64,000 nt of DNA from NCBI GenBank assembly GCA_963761305.1, contig CAVXGK010000002.1, positions 992,001 through 1,056,000 of the forward strand. Direction: 5' to 3'. Each line of letters starts with the position of its first letter. Position 1 is the stretch's first letter. Under the pieces are notes generated by a model. That model worked only from the letters and a program-made list of their open reading frames with translations, did no database searches and had not been told where the DNA came from. Made by a program: the position numbers and the translations under genes. Source of the DNA: an uncultured Gemmatimonadaceae bacterium. GTDB lineage: Bacteria; Gemmatimonadota; Gemmatimonadetes; Gemmatimonadales; Gemmatimonadaceae. Positions 37,853 to 47,860 of this stretch are shown here, piece after piece.

Positions 37853-40321
37853 TCAGTCGGCGCGCAGCGCGATCAGCGGGTCGACTCTCGTCACGCGGCG
37901 CGCCGGCCACCAGCAGGCGGCGACGGCGACGAGCGCGAACAACGCGGCGACGCCCGCGTAGGCGACGGGATCGAGCGGTGACACGCCGAACAGCACTATT
38001 CTGATGAGCCGGCCGAACGCCGTCGACAGCAACAGTCCGAGTCCGATGCCGACGACGACGAACCGCGCGCCGTCGCCCATCACGACGCGCATCACGTCGC
38101 CCGGCGTGCCGCCGAGGGCGAGGCGAATGCCGATCTCGCGCGTGCGACGCGCGACGCCGAACGCGACGACGCCGTAGATGCCGATGACGGAGAGAAAGAG
38201 CCCCGACACCGCAAAGACGCCGATCAGACCGCCGAAGACGCGCGTCTCGAACAACGCGGGGTCGACCTGGTCGGCCAATGTCGGCGTGTCGCGAAGGAGA
38301 ACCATCGTCGGATCGGCGGCGCGCACGAAGTCGACGATGTGCGCGTGCAGTGCTTGCACGTCGCCACGGCCGGTCGCCAGGATCTCGGGATATCCGCTGA
38401 ACGCCTGCCGCGCCGAGAGATAGAGCTTGGGTCTCGGTCCGTTGCTGTAGCCGCGACCGCCGCCGCGAAACTCGTTGATGTCGTCGACCACTCCGATCAC
38501 CGTGAGCGCATCTCCCTTCGCTCCCACCTGAATCGTACGACCGATCGGACTGCCACTCGGCCACACGGCCTTGGCGACCGACGCGCTGATCACGGTCACC
38601 GGCGTCGAGCCTTCGACGTCGTCCGTGGCGAAATTGCGGCCGACGCGCATTCTCAAATGCACGAGCGAGAAATAGTTGTCGGTCATGACGACGAGTTCCG
38701 GGCTCCCAATGCCCTTGACCCCTCGCGTTGTGTCACGATCCGGGATGAGCCGGTCGTCGAATGCCGACGGCGAATCCGACGACGCCGGCTTCGGCGCGGT
38801 GCGCAGTCGCCAGAATCCGCCGCGCAACGCAACCGTCGTTACACCAGGCAGCTCGCGCACTCGAGCCATGATCGCGTCGGCGAACTGCACACGTGACGAC
38901 AGCTCGCCGTAGCGCGCCGGGTCGAAGAGCGGCTCGACGACCGCGATGCGATCCGCCGGATACCCGAAGTCGATGCGACTGAGCCGCTGATAGCTCCGCA
39001 CGAGCAGCGCCGCGCCAATGAACAGCGCCACCGAGAGCGCCAGCTGTAACGCCGCGCCGCGCCGACTCGCCCGTGCGATGCCGCTCGCCGCCGCGCCTCC
39101 TTCCCCGCCGCGTTTGAGTGCGGCGACCAGATCGATGCGCGTTCCCTCGATCGCCGGCATGAGGCCGACGGCAATCGTGGCCAACACCGTGAGGCCGACG
39201 GCGAACGCCAGCACGCGGTAGTCGATCGCCACGTGGAACCACGACGGGAACCCCGTGGTGGGAATGAAGTGCAAGCCGAGGCGCACCAGCGCGCCGGCCA
39301 CCGCGGTGCCGCACACCGCTGCCGCAGCTCCCAGAAGTAGCGTTTCGACCAGCGTCTGCCGCATCAGGCGCCGTCGTGCCGCCCCCATCGACGCGCGAAT
39401 CGCCATCTCGCTCCGTCGCTCGGCGGCTCGGACGAGAAACAGATTGGCGACGTTCGCGCACGCGATCAGGAGCACGAAGAGCGCGGCGCCAAGGAAGAGA
39501 CTCGGCGCCGGCAGGAACGCATAGCCTTTGCGGTCGAGCATCTCGTCGCGGACCTCGAGTTGCACACGGTCATAGACCTTGTCGAATCCCGCGAGGCGTT
39601 GGGCGAGGGTTTGCATTTCCGCTCGAGCCGCGTCGCGCGTGACGCCGGGCCGCAACTTGCCGATCATCGCGTAGTCGCGGTCGTGCAGCCTCGCGGCCGA
39701 ATCCGACGGCGTCCCCATTCCCGTGAGTGCGTCGGTTTGATAGGGGAACCGGAATCCGCGGGGCAGCACGCCGACGATCGTGTACGAGTGATTCCCGATC
39801 GTCACCGATTTGCCCATGGCACCCGGATCGCCGCCGTACTCCGCACGCCAGAGTTGGTCCGAGAGCATGAGCATCGGCGAGCCGGCGGCGATCTCCTCGG
39901 GCGAGAGCAGTCGCCCGACCTCGGGGCGGAGATCGAACAACGGCACGAACGCCGAGTCGACGCGCAACGTGCGCAGCTGCCGCGGCGCGCTGCCGAAGAC
40001 CGCATTGCCAAAGGACTCGTCGTACGCCGAGACGCGCTCGAATGATCGGTTGCTGCGCTGGACGAGCTGGACCGCGTCGAGCGACATGGCGCTAAACGAG
40101 TAGAACCCCTTGGGACGGCGCTCGTTCAGCGCGACGACGCGATCGGCGTCCTTGTACGGCAGCGCCGCGAAGTAGATCGCGTTCATGTAGCTGAACAAAC
40201 TCGTGACGCTCGCGACGCCGACCACCAATGTCATGAAGGCCACGAGTGTGAACCCCGGAGCGCGCTTGAACAGGCGGCCGGCGAATCGAAGGTCGGCAAA
40301 GGTCTCGTCGATCAAGCGCAT
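37853..40321 (-). CDS. ADOP-type duplicated ABC permease
   Basis: DLRFAGRLFKRAPGF, LLIACANVANL, RTREIGIRLALGG, VDPLIALRAD. Confidence 0.92.
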   Translation of the reverse strand: MRLIDETFADLRFAGRLFKRAPGFTLVAFMTLVVGVASVTSLFSYMNAIYFAALPYKDADRVVALNERRPKGFYSFSAMSLDAVQLVQRSNRSFERVSAYDESFGNAVFGSAPRQLRTLRVDSAFVPLFDLRPEVGRLLSPEEIAAGSPMLMLSDQLWRAEYGGDPGAMGKSVTIGNHSYTIVGVLPRGFRFPYQTDALTGMGTPSDSAARLHDRDYAMIGKLRPGVTRDAARAEMQTLAQRLAGFDKVYDRVQLEVRDEMLDRKGYAFLPAPSLFLGAALFVLLIACANVANLFLVRAAERRSEMAIRASMGAARRRLMRQTLVETLLLGAAAAVCGTAVAGALVRLGLHFIPTTGFPSWFHVAIDYRVLAFAVGLTVLATIAVGLMPAIEGTRIDLVAALKRGGEGGAAASGIARASRRGAALQLALSVALFIGAALLVRSYQRLSRIDFGYPADRIAVVEPLFDPARYGELSSRVQFADAIMARVRELPGVTTVALRGGFWRLRTAPKPASSDSPSAFDDRLIPDRDTTRGVKGIGSPELVVMTDNYFSLVHLRMRVGRNFATDDVEGSTPVTVISASVAKAVWPSGSPIGRTIQVGAKGDALTVIGVVDDINEFRGGGRGYSNGPRPKLYLSARQAFSGYPEILATGRGDVQALHAHIVDFVRAADPTMVLLRDTPTLADQVDPALFETRVFGGLIGVFAVSGLFLSVIGIYGVVAFGVARRTREIGIRLALGGTPGDVMRVVMGDGARFVVVGIGLGLLLSTAFGRLIRIVLFGVSPLDPVAYAGVAALFALVAVAACWWPARRVTRVDPLIALRAD

Positions 40322-40350
40322 GGTGCGTCCTCTTTGGGGAATCTTTTTGT

Positions 40351-40368
40351 CCGGTCCACCGGTCCACC
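40351..40368 (-). repeat. CCGGTGGA-family repeat directly after a stop codon
   Basis: Minus strand ggtggaccggtggaccgg. Confidence 0.6.
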
Positions 40369-40371
40369 CAG

Positions 40372-42507
40372 CTACGGCACCGCCTTCCCCTTCACGTACC
40401 GGTCGAACCACGCCCGCTCGTTGAGCATCCTGTGCACGTTGTTCCACGACCCGGCGATGCCGTGCGGTTGGCCGGCATACTGGATCATCTTGGCCGGCAC
40501 GCCCTGCTTCTTGATCGCCACGTACAGTTGCTCGTTCTCCGAGAACGGCACGCGGTGGTCGATCTCGCCGTTGATGAACAGCGTCGGCGTCTTTATCCGA
40601 TTGGCATACGTGATCGGCGATTGCTTGATCATTGTCTCGCGCGCCTTGGGGTCGGACGGTGGACCCCAGAACTCTGTTTCCTTGGTGCGCGGGATGTCGG
40701 AGTTCGCGTAGTCGCTGGTCCAGTTGGCGATGCCGGCGCCCGACGCCGCCGCGGCGAAGCGATCCGGATATTGCGTGATCAGCCAGTTCGTCATGAAGCC
40801 GCCGTACGAGTGCCCGATCGCCGCCACCTTCTTGCGGTCGATCGGATAGTGCGCGATGGCATAGTCGACGCCGGCCATCACGTCTTGCCCATCCTTCGTG
40901 CCCCACGCGCCCCACGTGCCCCAGAGGAACTTCTCGCCGTACCCGGTCGAGCTGCGGAAGTTCACCTCGAGCACGAAATAGCCGTTGGCGGCGAAATATT
41001 GATTCTTGAAGTCGAATCCATATTCGTTGGCCGCATGCGGGCCGCCGTGGTTGCTGACGACGAGCGGGTATGGGCCGCCGCCGGCGCGGTAGCCGTACGG
41101 GTACGTCAGCCAGCCTTCTATAGGAGTGCCGTCAGGGCTGGTGAAGTTGAGGCGCTCGGCCTTGCTCAGCGTCACTTCGTTGGTGAAGTCATCGAATACG
41201 TGCGTGAGCTGAACCTCTCCGCTCCCATCGACGCGCGCAGCGAAGATCTCCGACGGCGCGTCGAACGTGCCGACCAGATACGCCATGCGCGTCTGGGCCC
41301 GGTCGAAGCTGAAGCCGCTCAACCGCCGCTGACCCGTCGTCACCTGCTCGACCTTGCCGCCGTTCGCCGACGCGCGGAACAGATGCGTCGTACCGCCGAT
41401 GCCGCCGGTGAAGTAGACGAACTTGCCGTCGCGGCTCCAGAACGGCGCCGACGGCAGATAGTCCCACGCCTCGGTGAGATTGACCTCGTTGCCGCCATTC
41501 GCCGGAACGAGCACGACGTCCACCGGACCGCCGTTGTCCATCTTCTTCGCGATCACCCAATCGGTCGGCGTCGACCTCGTGGTGAGAATCCACGCGCCGT
41601 CGGGCGAGTACTGCGCGCCGGCGTACGAGAACGCGGGGTTCGACGTGAGCTTCTTCACCGCCCCGTCGACACTCACCGTCCACACGTCGCTGCGGCCGTA
41701 GAGCATCTCGTTGCGGTAGCTCGAGTCGGCGGTGAACGCCAACATCGTCCCGGCGGGATTCCAGTTCGCGCCCGCCGGACGCAGCCCGAGGTGCGTGAGC
41801 TGTCGCTCGGCGCCGCCGGTCGGCGTCACGAAGATCTCTTGCGGCGGACTGACCTGCGGGTCGGCGCGATTCGGAAGCGGAAACGGCGCGGCGTCGCGCT
41901 GAAAATCCATCCAATCGAACTCCACGCCCTTGAATCGCTCTTCGTGTCGTTTCGCGAAATCCGATTCGTAGACCGCCTCGCGTTTCGGAGGCGGCGTGTC
42001 GCGTACGACGGCGACCATGGTTCCGGCCGCATTCGACATCGCACCGCCGCCGCCGCCGCGACCACCACGACCACCGCCTCGGCCGCCGCCACCACCGCCG
42101 CCGCGCGCGCTCGCCGTGCCTGCCTCGGTGACCTCGGCGGGCGACGAGGGATTGAGCACGAACGCGCGCCCGTTGGCGGCGAAACGAAGACGCCCGTCGT
42201 CGAGCCACGCCGGCGCGACGGCGTTGTCGCCCGCGGCGCTCACGCGACGAGCAACTGCGGACCCGTCGGACGGAACGAGCCACACTTCAGTCGTGTTGTC
42301 GTTCGTCGCTTCGACGCGCGTGCTGACGGTGAAGGCGACCCACTTGCCGTCGGGCGAGAGGTCGGGGTTTCCGACCGTCTTCAGGCGATAGTAGTCCTCG
42401 ATCGCCAGCGGCCGTCCGCTCGGCGACTGCGCAGGCAGACCCGCCGCTCCGGCGAGCGAGAGTGCGAGGAAAATGACTCTGCGGTGAACGGCAGGGGACG
42501 CTTTCAT
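40372..42507 (-). CDS. S9 family peptidase (acylaminoacyl/dipeptidyl peptidase-like), secreted
   Basis: SPDG propeller repeats, HGGPH, GHSYGG, DHRVP, PHG. Confidence 0.92.
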   Translation of the reverse strand: MKASPAVHRRVIFLALSLAGAAGLPAQSPSGRPLAIEDYYRLKTVGNPDLSPDGKWVAFTVSTRVEATNDNTTEVWLVPSDGSAVARRVSAAGDNAVAPAWLDDGRLRFAANGRAFVLNPSSPAEVTEAGTASARGGGGGGGRGGGRGGRGGGGGAMSNAAGTMVAVVRDTPPPKREAVYESDFAKRHEERFKGVEFDWMDFQRDAAPFPLPNRADPQVSPPQEIFVTPTGGAERQLTHLGLRPAGANWNPAGTMLAFTADSSYRNEMLYGRSDVWTVSVDGAVKKLTSNPAFSYAGAQYSPDGAWILTTRSTPTDWVIAKKMDNGGPVDVVLVPANGGNEVNLTEAWDYLPSAPFWSRDGKFVYFTGGIGGTTHLFRASANGGKVEQVTTGQRRLSGFSFDRAQTRMAYLVGTFDAPSEIFAARVDGSGEVQLTHVFDDFTNEVTLSKAERLNFTSPDGTPIEGWLTYPYGYRAGGGPYPLVVSNHGGPHAANEYGFDFKNQYFAANGYFVLEVNFRSSTGYGEKFLWGTWGAWGTKDGQDVMAGVDYAIAHYPIDRKKVAAIGHSYGGFMTNWLITQYPDRFAAAASGAGIANWTSDYANSDIPRTKETEFWGPPSDPKARETMIKQSPITYANRIKTPTLFINGEIDHRVPFSENEQLYVAIKKQGVPAKMIQYAGQPHGIAGSWNNVHRMLNERAWFDRYVKGKAVP

Positions 42508-42700
42508 CGGTGCCTCCGAGTGGATTCGCGGACGGACGCGCTCGTTGAACTCTGTCGCTGATGTGACGCCTGCACCAGAGGGTGACCTCACTCCGTCACA
42601 GATAGGACGGGTGAGCGCCGCAGAGTGCCGGATCGCCACGCGCGTGGACAGCGCAGCTCGCCACGCTCGTCACACGGCACAAACAAATGCTAGCGCTCGA

Positions 42701-42716
42701 CGGCACCAACGTTGCC
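42701..42716 (+). promoter_or_regulatory. Putative sigma54 (-24/-12) promoter
   Basis: CGGCAC-CAACG-TTGC with canonical GG/GC spacing, about 105 nt upstream of ATG 42821. Confidence 0.55.
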
Positions 42717-42820
42717 GCGTTCGCCGCGTCGTACATGTGTAGCACGCGTAGCGCCCGACCACCCTCGGCGAAGCAACGTGTGAGAGCTATCAGAGAACTC
42801 TCAACCGAAGGAGACGGGAC

Positions 42821-43534
42821 ATGCAGCACAGCATCAGTGGGGCGGTACGGTGGTTCGATGGCGCCGCGGGCCGCGGCCTGGTCTTGGCGGCGCTCGTCGC
42901 CGTCGGTGCCTGTAGCGACAACAACAATTCCGTGGCGCCTTCGGCGACCGCGGTCACGGTCGTCGCGGCGACCAACGGTCAGACCGCGGTCGTGGGGACG
43001 GCGCTGGCGCAGCCCGTCGGAGTGCTGGTGGTCGATCAGAACGGCGCGCCGCTGCCGAATGCGACGGTGACGTGGACGATCCAGTCGGGCGCGGGCAGCG
43101 TGGCCTCATCGACGAGTACCACGGACGCGAACGGCAACGCGACCGTCGTGTGGACCATGGGCACGATCGCCGGAACAGACTCGCTCGAAGCATCGATCGC
43201 CGCCGGCGCGAACGCATTCATCGCGGCCACGGCCACGGCCGGACCGGCGTCGCAGCTGACAATCACCAGCGGCGGCACGCAGACGGTCACGGCGGGCGCG
43301 GTGACCGCGCCACTCGTCGTGAAAGTGGCCGACCAGTTCGCGAACCCGGTCGCCAGCGCGACGGTGACGTGGGCGGTGACCGGCGGCGGAACGTTGAGCG
43401 CGACGACGTCGACGACCGACGCCACCGGCACGACGCAAGTGACGCTGACGACGCTCGCGGCACCAGGGAGCTATACCGTGACCGCGACCAGCGGCACCCT
43501 CACGCCGGTCACATTCACCATTACCGCGATGTAG
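42821..43534 (+). CDS. Lipoprotein with two Big_1/invasin-like Ig domains
   Basis: AVGAC lipobox; VDQNGAPLPNATVTW, TTDANGNA, ADQFANPV. Confidence 0.85.
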   Translation: MQHSISGAVRWFDGAAGRGLVLAALVAVGACSDNNNSVAPSATAVTVVAATNGQTAVVGTALAQPVGVLVVDQNGAPLPNATVTWTIQSGAGSVASSTSTTDANGNATVVWTMGTIAGTDSLEASIAAGANAFIAATATAGPASQLTITSGGTQTVTAGAVTAPLVVKVADQFANPVASATVTWAVTGGGTLSATTSTTDATGTTQVTLTTLAAPGSYTVTATSGTLTPVTFTITAM

Positions 43535-43546
43535 CCGCGTTTCCTC

Positions 43547-43580
43547 GCACGGGGCGCGGCAATTCTGCGCGCCCCGTGCA
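43547..43580. terminator. GC-rich hairpin between convergent genes
   Basis: gcacggggcgcg...cgcgccccgtgc. Confidence 0.6.
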
Positions 43581-43616
43581 CTCCTGCCCGCGTCTCGAGC
43601 AGGCCACGACCCGACT

Positions 43617-44393
43617 TCAATAGCGTTCGGGTATCAGCGCGAAAGACAGGTCGGCTTCCTCGTAGCCCTTGGACTTCTGGTGCGGTGGAAGTTTGTCCTT
43701 GAATTTTGGCACGGCCGGGCATGGGAACAGGCTGACTAGGTGGGCGATCACGTTGAGCCGCGCTCGACGTTTGTCGACCGAGGGCACGATGATCCACGGC
43801 GCCCATTCCGTGTGCGTGCGCGGAATCATCTCGTCGCGAGCACGGGAGTAGTCGGTCCAGCGTTTGTGCGACTCGAGGTCCATCGGTGACAGCTTCCATC
43901 GCCGCCGGGGGTCCTTGATGCGGCGCTTGAACCGGCGGGTCTGTTCCTCCTTGCTCACTTCCAACCAGAACTTGACGAGCACGATCCCGTCTTCCACGAA
44001 CACCTTCTCCATGCGCGGGATCTCGTCGAGGAATTGCTCTACCTCGGCCGGCGTGCAAAAGCCCATCACTCGCTCGACGCCGGCGCGGTTGTACCAGGAG
44101 CGGTCGAAGATCACGACCTCTCCCGCCGCCGGCAGGTGAGCGACGTAGCGCTGCATGTAGATCTGACTTTTCTCACGGTCGGTCGGCGCCGGGAGGGCGA
44201 CGGTCCGGAAGATGCGCGGACTGACGCGCTCCGTGAGGTGACGGATCGTGCCGCCCTTCCCCGCCGCGTCGCGCCCTTCGAAGAGCACGCACACCCGAAG
44301 ACCCTTCTTCACGACCCAGTGCTGGAGCGCCACCAGCCCGACGTGCAGGCGGCTGAGCTCCGCCTCGAATTCCTTTCGCTTGAGCCGGCTCAT
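43617..44393 (-). CDS. ppk2: Polyphosphate kinase 2
   Basis: FEGRDAAGKGG, FDRSWYNRAGVERVMGF, WKLSPMD. Confidence 0.96.
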   Translation of the reverse strand: MSRLKRKEFEAELSRLHVGLVALQHWVVKKGLRVCVLFEGRDAAGKGGTIRHLTERVSPRIFRTVALPAPTDREKSQIYMQRYVAHLPAAGEVVIFDRSWYNRAGVERVMGFCTPAEVEQFLDEIPRMEKVFVEDGIVLVKFWLEVSKEEQTRRFKRRIKDPRRRWKLSPMDLESHKRWTDYSRARDEMIPRTHTEWAPWIIVPSVDKRRARLNVIAHLVSLFPCPAVPKFKDKLPPHQKSKGYEEADLSFALIPERY

Positions 44394-44573
44394 GCTACCC
44401 GACGCTCCTGTCTGGCGTGTCTCGAATTTCCCGAGGGCGTGGCGAACGACTCAAGTTTCAAGCCGAATGGCAGGTGGACCGGCGGAAAGGCGAACAGGGC
44501 CGGTGACCAAAGTCCCATCATCCTGTCCGGGTCTTGCAGCTAGATCTCGCCTTCTGTAAAACGGAGTGGCTTC

Positions 44574-45518
44574 GTGGCGGAGCGCGGGCCGGGGGGCGAG
44601 CGAGCAAGCGGCGGTCTCGGGCACTCGGTCGGTCCGCAGACGTCGTGGCGCACGACCGCTGCCGGCGACTATCTCGCCGAGTTTTTTGGCACCTTCGTCC
44701 TGATCGTCTTCGGTTGCGGCGTCGTTGCGACGACCGTGGCCGCGCTGCCGGAATCGGGTCGTACCGAAACCGCGTTCCTCGCCGGAGGCGACTGGCTCAT
44801 CGTCAACGTGGGCTGGGGAATGGCGGTCACGTTCGGCGTGTACGTGGCCGGCGGAGTGAGCGGCGCCCATCTCAACCCGGCGGTCACGCTCGCCTTCGCG
44901 GCGCGCCGAGGCTTCCCGTGGTCCAAGGTCCCCGGCTACATCGTTGCCCAGGTGCTCGGCGCGTTCGTCGGCGCCGCCCTCGTGTTCGGCCTCTTCGCGC
45001 AGGCGATCGGGGCATATGAGATCGCTCACGGCATCGCGCGCAACGGCGGGTCGAGCGCCGGCATCTTCGTCACCGGACCGGCGGTCTACTTCTCGACCTA
45101 CTGGGGACCGATGATAACCGAGATCGTCGGCACCGCGTTCCTGGTCATCTTCATCCTGGCCGTGAGCGACCCAATGAGTACGCCCCCGCGGGCGAATCTC
45201 GGTCCGCTGGTGCTCGGCCTCGCCGTGTTCGCGATCGGCGCGTCGCTGGGCGCGAACACCGGGTACGCCATCAACCCGGCGCGCGACTTCGGCCCTCGTG
45301 TGTTGACCTGGATCGCTGGCTGGGGAGACGCCGCGTTTCCCGGCGTTGCCGGAAAGCTCCGCGCGTACTGGTGGGTCCCAGTTGTCGCGCCGATCATCGG
45401 TGGCCTGGCCGGCGCCGTCGTCTACGATCTCCTGATCCAGCAGGTGCTGGCCGCCCGCAACACGCGAGCGACGCCGCGCGCCCTGGTGCGCGGCGAGGTC
45501 ATCGTCGATGAAGAGTGA
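44574..45518 (+). CDS. glpF: Aquaglyceroporin / glycerol uptake facilitator
   Basis: AEFFGT, SGAHLNPAVT, GYAINPARDFGPR; upstream of glpK. Confidence 0.9.
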   Translation: MAERGPGGERASGGLGHSVGPQTSWRTTAAGDYLAEFFGTFVLIVFGCGVVATTVAALPESGRTETAFLAGGDWLIVNVGWGMAVTFGVYVAGGVSGAHLNPAVTLAFAARRGFPWSKVPGYIVAQVLGAFVGAALVFGLFAQAIGAYEIAHGIARNGGSSAGIFVTGPAVYFSTYWGPMITEIVGTAFLVIFILAVSDPMSTPPRANLGPLVLGLAVFAIGASLGANTGYAINPARDFGPRVLTWIAGWGDAAFPGVAGKLRAYWWVPVVAPIIGGLAGAVVYDLLIQQVLAARNTRATPRALVRGEVIVDEE

Positions 45519-45570
45519 GCTCTCTTCCCGCCGCATCGCGTCCACAGCAGCAAGTCCGAGGAGGTAACGC

Positions 45571-47076
45571 ATGGCCCGGTACGTCGGCGCGATCGATCAG
45601 GGCACGACGAGCACGCGCTTTATGATCTTCGACTCCGCGGGACGCCCGGTCGGCGTCGCGCAGAAGGAGCACGAGCAAATCTTCCCGAAGGCAGGCTGGG
45701 TCGAGCACCGACCCGCCGAGATCTGGGAACGCGCGCAAGAGGTGATCGCCGAGGCGCTCGACTCGGCCGGCGTCACAGCCTCCGACCTGGCCGCGATCGG
45801 CATCACGAATCAACGCGAGACGAGCGTGATCTGGGATCGCGCCACCGGCGAGGCGGTGTCGAACGCGATCGTGTGGCAGGACACGCGCACCGACCGTCTC
45901 TGCCGCGAGCTGGGCGGGTCGAAGGGACAGGATCGCTTTCGCGCCAGCACCGGTCTCCCTCTCGCCACGTATTTCTCGGGACCGAAGATTCGCTGGATCC
46001 TCGACAACGTGCCGGGCGTACGCGAGCGCGCCGAGGCCGGCGAAGTCCTCTTCGGCACGATGGATACGTGGATGATCTGGAACCTGACCGGCGGATCCGA
46101 CGGCGGGGTGCACGTCACGGACGTCACGAACGCGAGCCGGACGCTGTTGATGGATCTCGAAACACTCGACTGGGCGCAGGAGAACCTCGACGCGATCGGC
46201 GTGCCGCGTTCGATGTTGCCGGAGATCCGCTCCTCGAGCGAGGTGTACGGCGAGGCGCGGATTCCCGCGCTCGCCGGCGTGCCCGTCGCCGGCGACCTCG
46301 GGGATCAGCAGGCCGCTCTGTTCGGTCAGACGTGCTTCAACGACGGCGACGCGAAGAACACGTACGGCACGGGGAATTTCCTTCTGCTCAACACCGGCAC
46401 CCGCGCGGTGCATTCGAAGAACGGCCTGATCACGACGGTCGGCTATCGCCTCGGCGAGGCCCCGGCGGTGTATGCGCTCGAGGGCTCGATCGCGATGGCC
46501 GGCGCGCTCGTGCAGTGGCTGCGCGACAATCTCGGGCTGATCAAATCGGCGGCCGAAGTCGAGGATCTCGCCCGCACAGTCGACGACAACGGCGGCGCCT
46601 ACTTCGTCCCCGCGTTCTCGGGACTCTTCGCGCCATACTGGCGCAGCGACGCGCGCGGCGTGATCGCCGGGCTGACTCGCTTCATCAACAAGGGCCACAT
46701 CGCGCGCGCGACGCTCGAAGCGACGGCGTTCCAGGGCCGAGAGCTGGCCGAGGCAATGGAGGCCGACGCTGGAATCAAGCTGGAATCGCTCAAGGTCGAC
46801 GGCGGCATGGTCAAGAACGAACTGCTGATGCAATTCCAGGCGGACATCCTCGGCGTGCCGGTGGTCCGCCCGGAGATCGTCGAGACCACCGTGCTTGGCG
46901 CGGCCTACGCCGCGGGCCTGGCCGTGGGGTTCTGGCAGATGGACGACCTGCGCGACAAATGGGCCGAGGACAAACGCTGGTTGCCGCAGATGGAAGCGCC
47001 GACCCGCGAGCGGCAGTACGCGATGTGGAAGAAGGCGGTGACGCGAACGTTCGACTGGGTGGAGAACGACGACTAG
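45571..47076 (+). CDS. glpK: Glycerol kinase
   Basis: [52 protein letters not shown]. Confidence 0.97.
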   Translation: MARYVGAIDQGTTSTRFMIFDSAGRPVGVAQKEHEQIFPKAGWVEHRPAEIWERAQEVIAEALDSAGVTASDLAAIGITNQRETSVIWDRATGEAVSNAIVWQDTRTDRLCRELGGSKGQDRFRASTGLPLATYFSGPKIRWILDNVPGVRERAEAGEVLFGTMDTWMIWNLTGGSDGGVHVTDVTNASRTLLMDLETLDWAQENLDAIGVPRSMLPEIRSSSEVYGEARIPALAGVPVAGDLGDQQAALFGQTCFNDGDAKNTYGTGNFLLLNTGTRAVHSKNGLITTVGYRLGEAPAVYALEGSIAMAGALVQWLRDNLGLIKSAAEVEDLARTVDDNGGAYFVPAFSGLFAPYWRSDARGVIAGLTRFINKGHIARATLEATAFQGRELAEAMEADAGIKLESLKVDGGMVKNELLMQFQADILGVPVVRPEIVETTVLGAAYAAGLAVGFWQMDDLRDKWAEDKRWLPQMEAPTRERQYAMWKKAVTRTFDWVENDD

Positions 47077-47120
47077 GCTTCGCGTGCGGCCAGCGTAGAC
47101 TGTGCCGCCGGCCGAATGGT

Positions 47121-47477
47121 GGTTGCGAGCTCACTGCTACGTGTCCCGCGTTCACCGCGGAGTGTCGCGAGCTCATTGGGAGGTGTCGCGACCTCACTGC
47201 GGGCGGACGCGAACTCATCGCGAAGTGTCGCGAAGTCACTACGAGGTGTCGCGAAGTCAACACGAGGTGTTGCGAAGTCACCGCGAAGTGTCGCGAGCTC
47301 ATTGCGAAGTGTCGCGAGCTCATTGCGAAGTGTCGCGAGCTCATTGCGAAGTGTCGCGAACGCATTGCGAAGTGTCGCGAGCTCATTGCGAAGTGTCGCG
47401 AGCTCATTGCGAAGTGTCGCGAACGCATTGCGAAGTGTCGCGAACTCATTGCGAAGTGTCGCGAACTCATTGCGAGG
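47121..47477. repeat. 21-bp tandem repeat, about 17 copies (TGTCGCGAGCTCATTGCGAAG)
   Basis: Contiguous units without spacers, degenerate at the left and near-identical at the right. Confidence 0.95.
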
Positions 47478-47860
47478 TGCTCCGCGTCAAGTGCCAAGTG
47501 ACGCCGCAGGAGTCTCAGGTGCCCGCGCCGAAGTCGAATGTGCCCATGAACGAGTCGGGCCGTCCCACACCCGGTATATGCACGAACCCGAAAAACGGTC
47601 TAGACTGTTTTCGCGCGTCGAGCATGTTCTAAGTGGGGATCGGTGTGGGCGCGCACGTACGGCAACGCGTCGCACCATCTCCGCGTCCACATTACACATC
47701 TACGGCGAAAAATTGAGCCTGACCCCGCGCGACCCGTGCTGATCGTCACCGAGCCGGGCGTCGGCTACCCGTTTCGGCATCCGGATGACGAGCTCTGACT
47801 ATTGATGGTTTCTTTGCGGCGCCGGTGGTGACTCGACGCACGCCGCACCGGTCAACCGGA

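Noticed and set aside
47121..47477. CRISPR array
   Set aside because: Units are contiguous 21-mers with no unique spacers, and no cas genes are present in the window
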